From: Utricularia gibba
Lineage: Eukaryota; Plantae; Magnoliophyta
Length of the DNA stretch: 64,000 bases
Direction of reading: 5' to 3'
NCBI GenBank assembly: GCA_002189035.1
Contig: CM007992.1
Coordinates: 2,046,001 to 2,110,000 of the forward strand
Positions 58,176 to 64,000 of this stretch are shown piece by piece. A program made the position numbers and the translations under genes. Below the pieces are notes generated by a model, which was not told where the DNA came from, did no database searches, and saw only the letters and a program-made list of their open reading frames with translations. Each line of letters opens with the position of its first letter. Within the stretch, counting starts at the first letter, position 1.

Positions 58176-58785
58176 ATAATGTCATTTTTTTTTATTGAAG
58201 TAGTATTACTAATAAAAGATCATAGTGTTCTAAACATCCTCTTTGTTATTTTTTTTGTTCATTGACTACAAGCAATGCATTAGCAAATTACAGTTCCAAT
58301 TTGTGTCATCTCTTTAATTCTACAGATTTCAAAGTTGGCATTAGAGCAAGGTTCCATGGATTCAACTTAATCAAGTGATGTATGAAAATTCAATGGTGAG
58401 AATTGTGATATTTGGGTTACTCAAATGAAAGTATATATTCATGCAATGTCTCTTCAGCAAGAGTAGCATGAGCTGAAAAACTACAAGCCATAAAATGCTA
58501 AGCAAAAGTGGCACTTTAGTCAAGTATGGACAAATTCATAATTCCATGGATGTCATCTTGCAAATGTTGCTAAAGACATATGGAAACTCAAACGAAATAT
58601 GAGGGAGATGAGTCTTCCAGGGAAATGCATATTACAAATTTGGAGATGGAGTATGAGTAGCATAATGTTGATTGATTTATGATGGTAGTAACTCAGTTGT
58701 AGATGCTACATGATGCATACCATGTTGCCTAGTTTTGAACCTAACATCTCATCACTTAGGTGTAGTCTATACTAGAGAAACTGAT

Positions 58786-59391
58786 GCTGACACAACTGAT
58801 CTTATAAAAGTGAAGACAGAAGATAACGCAGCTGATCTTATGACTAAGGCCCTGAGGTCCTCTCGGCACCATATGTTGGTGCAGAAAGCAGGGCTCAAGA
58901 TTATTTGCTAAAGGAACGCTCACATCCAGCCTGTGGGAGTGATTGTTGACATTAAGTAATGATCACGTGTGTTGCCCAGGTTGGAAGTGAAGGAGTAGAC
59001 CAGCAGCCCCTACTGATGAAATCGAAGATGATTCCCACATCCCACATTAAGGGTCATGATCCCTATCAAATGGGGGGCAGAAGAATAAAAGGGACATGTA
59101 GAGGTGGGCTGCTGGGGCGTGGAGAGAAAGAAGAAATTATGTCTGATTGAGCAACAAGTTAGGTGGTTGTATGCTAAGAATTCAAATTGGATAGTGGCAT
59201 GCTGAAAACACAGATTTGCTGTATGTGCTTGCTCTTTTCATAATGAATTTCTGTTGCTTAGGAGAAATCCTAAGCGCAGGAGGTTCCCAATTGGGTTTAC
59301 ATGGCTAAATCCTGTTTTCTCTATTTCATTACATATACATGTGCACAGATTTACAAGAAACCGTATAGGTGTGTTAGCTTCACACACAACA
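58786..59391 (+). mobile_element. Copia 3' end: RNase H tail, PPT-like tract and LTR 58944-59391
   Basis: LIKVKTEDNAADLMTKAL...; GTGGGAGTGAT then TGTTGAC...CACACAACA. Confidence 0.8.
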
Positions 59392-60329
59392 GCGGAGGCT
59401 GCTGATCATGAGCTTTTGTTCCAGCCCTTCTGCTGGCTGTAGGTGTGCCTTTCTACTAACATTTTCAAGCACACTAATGCAGAGTTGCTGTAGGAGAGCA
59501 AGTCCTAGAATGAGCTTGAAGAGTGAGCTTGTTGGAAAATTTGAAGTAAAAAACAAGTGACGTGGTCCACGATTATGCATCCCAGTATAGCTCAACTTTA
59601 TCAACCAAACTTTAAGGATGAAAAACCTCAGCTAAAATCATGATAAATATCAACTAACCCACTTCTGGATATTTCATTTTTGCTTATGTATTTAAGGTTC
59701 CTTAGCTTGTACTTGTTTTTGCATGTCTTTAAGCATTGAATCTCTGATGGAACTAGAGCATTGTGCTTTTTTTTTTCTTATTCCAAGAATTACAAGAGTT
59801 TTGATTCATTTTTGCAATGTTGATTCCTATTTATCTGGTGCATTCATTGGCAATGATCGTACCCTTTGGTTCTTACACAACCATGGTCAAGCTCTTCCCA
59901 ATCACTCTCTCTTATCTATATCACAAAGGAAAACTTTTTGCGTCTAGCCTTCAATGGGTTCTTTTCATTTAGGCCATTAATTTCATTGATCTTATCTATA
60001 TCACACTGTAATCAATGATGATCTTTCATTCCATTCAAGGGAAATGACAAGAAGAGGTACTATTGATGCTGAGATTGACTTTCTTCAAACTCCATAGTAC
60101 TCCTACTTTCTCAAGATACCTTTCAATCTTAATCCTTTCTTTACTATCTTTGTCAAAAAGAAGAAGGCAACCAAATGCCTTTAGCCTTAGGGAGAAAAAT
60201 AGGGAACGATTAGCCTCCTAGGGCCTTCATGTTGTTTGTGTGCTCAATTGTGGTAGGATTAATTGAAGTCCAAGCCGCTATACTGATTTTCACGTCGAGT
60301 TACCACCCTCATTGTTACCTGAAACGAGC

Positions 60330-61130
60330 CATGACCTGTTACATGAGGTTCGGAACTTTTCACATTTCTATCTTTTTGAAATAGAGCCTTCGGATTTCTT
60401 TGAAGCGGAAAAATCTCCTGAATGGCATACTGCAATGGATGACCAAATCCATGCGATAGAGAGGAATAAAGCTTGGAGTTTAGTCAAGAGGCCTTCTGTA
60501 AGACTGTCATAGGTGTCAAATGGGGCTATAAAGTTAAGCGGAACGCTGAAGGAAGTGTGGATCGATTGAACTCACGGTTAGTTGCCAAAGGGTACAAGCA
60601 GAAAGCTGGGATTGATTACCATCAAGTATTTGTTCCAGTGGTTAGGATGGAGATAGTGAGGATTCTTCTTGCATTAGCAGCTCAACATAAATGGGTTATC
60701 TGGCGAATGATGTTAAATTGCCTTTCTTGAATGGAATATTGAAAGAAGAAGTGTTTGTGGAACAACAATTAGGATATATCAAGAAGGGAAATGAAGACAA
60801 GGTTTTGAAGTTACGCAAATCCCTCTATGGGTTGAAAAAAGCATCACATGCTTGGAATCGGCGAATTGATGCATATCTCAAAGGCATGGAATTTATTCAG
60901 TGTCCATATGAACATTCATTATACCTTCAATAGAAGAAGCTCATAGAAATGATGATCGTGTGTATCTATGTTGATGATTTATTGGTCATTGAAGGGGCTG
61001 AGTCTGAGATAGCAGAGTTCAAGAAAAATATGAATGAAGAATTCAAGATGACCGATGCTGGGAAAATGCATTTTTATTTGGGTATTGAAGTGAAGCAATC
61101 AGCCCAGAAAGTTTTTTTGTGTGTGTTCAA
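60330..61130 (+). pseudogene. Copia reverse-transcriptase fragment
   Basis: WHTAMDDQIHAIERNKAW, RLVAKGYKQKAGIDY, LYGLKKASHAWN, IYVDDLL, FKMTDAG..FYLGIEV. Confidence 0.9.
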
Positions 61131-63379
61131 TAAGCAATTAGGTTTACATTTTTGAAGGGTTCTACTAAGTAGGGAGACCATATCGGGGTTTGGTCATACT
61201 AATAAACAATGCTTGGACTTTTAGTTAAAATGAAAATTGTTCAAGAAAGCATGAGTAGCAGTTGTGCATAATAAAAGGGAAATAGGAGAGAAAAAAAAAG
61301 GAAAACCCATTGGTAAGTTGTGAAGTGTTTGAGGTCTATGCAACCACATACTCTTCAGTACTATAATAACTTTTTTCGAGTTTTGATAAAACCATAAGAG
61401 GAATAGCAAGCAATGCACTATAAACTAGAACATACACTAAGACAGTGATTGAAAAATTTTAGTCTGAAATAAGTGCTAATGATGCAAATAAATTCTTAGA
61501 TAAAAAGTTCTCAAGTATAGAGAAGATGTAATGAAGGATAAAATCAAGGTGAGTGAGATGGATGTTGGTGAGTACCTAAAAACTACTTTACAAGAATAAT
61601 TTTTGGAAGAGAAAAACGATTTTGTATGATATATGTAATTTTTGTATTGACTTGCTATTTCACTTTCTGATATTTATAAAAATTTTAGCTATATATCTTT
61701 TGGAAAACACCAACATGGGAGGAGATTATAAATCTTTTCATTACATATGATATAAACTGTTTTTTAAATCTATGTGAACTCTTTTAAGTCTCAAAAGAAA
61801 GTTGATATCTCTATGCAAAGAGCTTCTTTTTATGTGCTTTCCTTTATTTATAAAAGCCACCCCTATTAGCTTTTGGATGAGGTAGATTTCATGATTTATA
61901 ATGACAAACAAAGAGAGTTACCCAACGTTTTTTAAAAGTGTTTCAGAGTGTGCTATTTATGCGGTATAATTAGCAAATGCATGAGGTTGTAGACACACTC
62001 CCCTAGCAATGTGGTTTTCCCTGAGAAGGCTAATGTGACACTTCGAAAAAATGTCCAACCAAGAAAGATCATTGTTAGCAAGACTCATTTGCTGTAGTCT
62101 AATTGTGAAGCCAAAACCAAGAGCTTATAGGAAATGATAACTTATATTATGTGACTAATTTATGTGACCAACCTAAGGATAATGCTTTGGTGTGTAAAAA
62201 GAGCTAGTTTCAATCCAATAATGTAATTAATTTATTTCCATACTGTTCTAGGAGAGGAGAGGGAGAAATACAGGTTATGTGACCAACCTAAGGATAATGC
62301 TTAAGTGTGTAAATATGTTTCTTGTTGCTATCATGGAGTCGTCCAACTTATCTGGAGGTTGAACCTTGTCTATAAGAACGACAGCTCTATGGAACAGAAC
62401 GACAGCTCTTGGAAGAACACAATGTCAGAAGGAAGCATTATGATAGGTCAAGTGCCCTGTTGTCTATAGTTAGGGGTAATTCCTCTTTTTCTTCTTGTCC
62501 ATTCACTAGCTGCAAATTTCAATTATTTTATGATAAAAGAGTGCAACTACTAGTAAATCAAAGAAGTGGAAAGAGATAATGGAATAATTTCAACAATTCC
62601 TCCTCTGTGAAATCTCTCTTTACCTCACTGGTTTATGATTGAGAATATTGATCTCTTACCGAGAGAGGCTCAGTAGAAGGCCATCCAGGTAGCAAGAGCA
62701 ATAGCAAGGTGGGCACTGCCTGACAAGGCGTGCTTCAGTTCAAACATCAACTACGATCAGCATCATAGTAGTTGAGATAGCTGTTGAACACCAGCCATGG
62801 GAGACAGGTTTTGGGTACATGTAAATGCTGAATGAACAGGAAGCACCGAAAGCAAACCCTTTTACAGACAACAGAGCACGGAATTGGCACAGTTTCTACA
62901 GTGACGGTAAATTTGAATCCAAAGAATATAGAAATCCAACTGACGATCAGTAAAGAGTAGTATGGTGATAACCAGCAGCAGGGGGCAATCCCATACTGCT
63001 CACCGGCAGCATTCCATAGGGTGGCATCATCGGCTGTATGCCCGAAGGATAATACACGCCGCCATTGCTTATTTTTGCCAAACTAGTTAGGCCCTGCATT
63101 CCATCTTTTCTGTAGTTGTTTTGCTCCTGAACCAGAAACTACTGCATCTTCTCCATATCTTCCCTTTGAACATAGGATGGTGGTGGAATGCTCAAAGATG
63201 CCACAAATGGATCTTGTCGTACAACTTAAATTGTCGATCCACCTTGTGCAGGGAGGGCAAGAACTGGAGTTGAGTTTTGGTTGCTCCAGGACGAGGTAAT
63301 GCCACACTGCTAGCGCTGTCATCACTCAACTACGCGGCACCAACATGGTGCCGGATGATTCCCTGGTCATACATGCCAT

Positions 63380-63710
63380 TCAGCAACAATGGATCCAACC
63401 CATTGCGCATTGTAGATTTCTGGTTGGATAGAGCACTTGCGGACTCAATAAGAGCTAGCTCCCAATAAGCTTTGCCTGCCACAATAGATGGATTTTTAAT
63501 ATAAATTGTAGTTGATTGAGAAATAATGTTTTGCCTTTTATGTACCAGGCTATTGGACATTGGTTCAAGAAGATGATGAATCCTAAAGTGCTCCTTAAAT
63601 CTTCTATCATGGCATAATCAGCATTAGAGAATGCCTTCAATGTACGTTCTGCATTACTTTTTCCATAAATGTAGTACTTTCTTGAGATTAAGCCTTGGCA
63701 ATTGATCATA
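63380..63710 (-). pseudogene. Copia RNase H fragment
   Basis: KAFSNADYA...DLRSTLGFIIFLNQCPIAW and KRQNIISQSTT. Confidence 0.8.
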
Positions 63711-64000
63711 TGTGATCTAACTGATCATCATGGTTAGCTGTCAGGCGGAGCATGTGTGACCACGCTGTATAGTTAATTCAGTGGTTATTTCCCTTGACAC
63801 ACAAGAAGGTTAGTGTTGGGAGTGCGATAGTGCTCCTCTGTGTATAACCGTGTGCAGTAAGGGAAAGGCGGTGGGTGTGCATATTTTTCTGGTTTTGATT
63901 GATCACAACGAAAGAGATCTGAGTGGAGTGCTATCACTGATACTGATCGTTCCTCTCATGACTAAGTATAACCATTTTTCCCTGCTAATAAGGCCATGTC

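Larger units (their letters stand above)
56123..63155 (+). repeat. Second copy of the segmental duplication (collinear with 427-20860)
   Basis: At least nine same-order anchor blocks, for example 56170/470, 58210/7150, 59480/9570, 60010/10090, 61170/17300, 62390/20085. Confidence 0.9.

Noticed and set aside
1-64000. CRISPR arrays, rRNA, tRNA genes, intact host genes
   Set aside because: No regularly spaced repeat-spacer array, no rRNA or tRNA structure (PBS sites are only 12-18 nt complements), and no convincing multi-exon gene was found by eye.

Overview
AT-rich plant (probably eudicot) nuclear DNA made almost entirely of nested transposable elements. I see no intact host protein-coding gene, rRNA, tRNA or CRISPR array. 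(1) One very young Ty1/copia element (1649-7025) has identical 322-bp LTRs, a GGAAG TSD, a tRNA-iMet PBS and a PPT. All catalytic motifs are intact, Gag carries three tandem CCHC knuckles, and a single 1-nt frameshift sits in a G run inside integrase. (2) About ten degenerate copia remnants, a Tat-type gypsy 5' half, seven solo LTRs (three from one Athila-like family), a hAT element with an 8-bp TSD, and MULE, L1 and TRIM-like remnants fill most of the rest. (3) An old collinear segmental duplication (about 0.4-20.9 kb versus 56.1-63.2 kb) supplies empty-site controls for several insertions. (4) A fossil protein-primed family-B DNA polymerase of the plant mitochondrial linear-plasmid type lies at about 45.3-47.6 kb. 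(5) A frameshifted candidate small secreted-protein gene lies at about 36.8-37.1 kb. All alignments and identities were done by eye. Lineage names are inferences and were not tested by database search.
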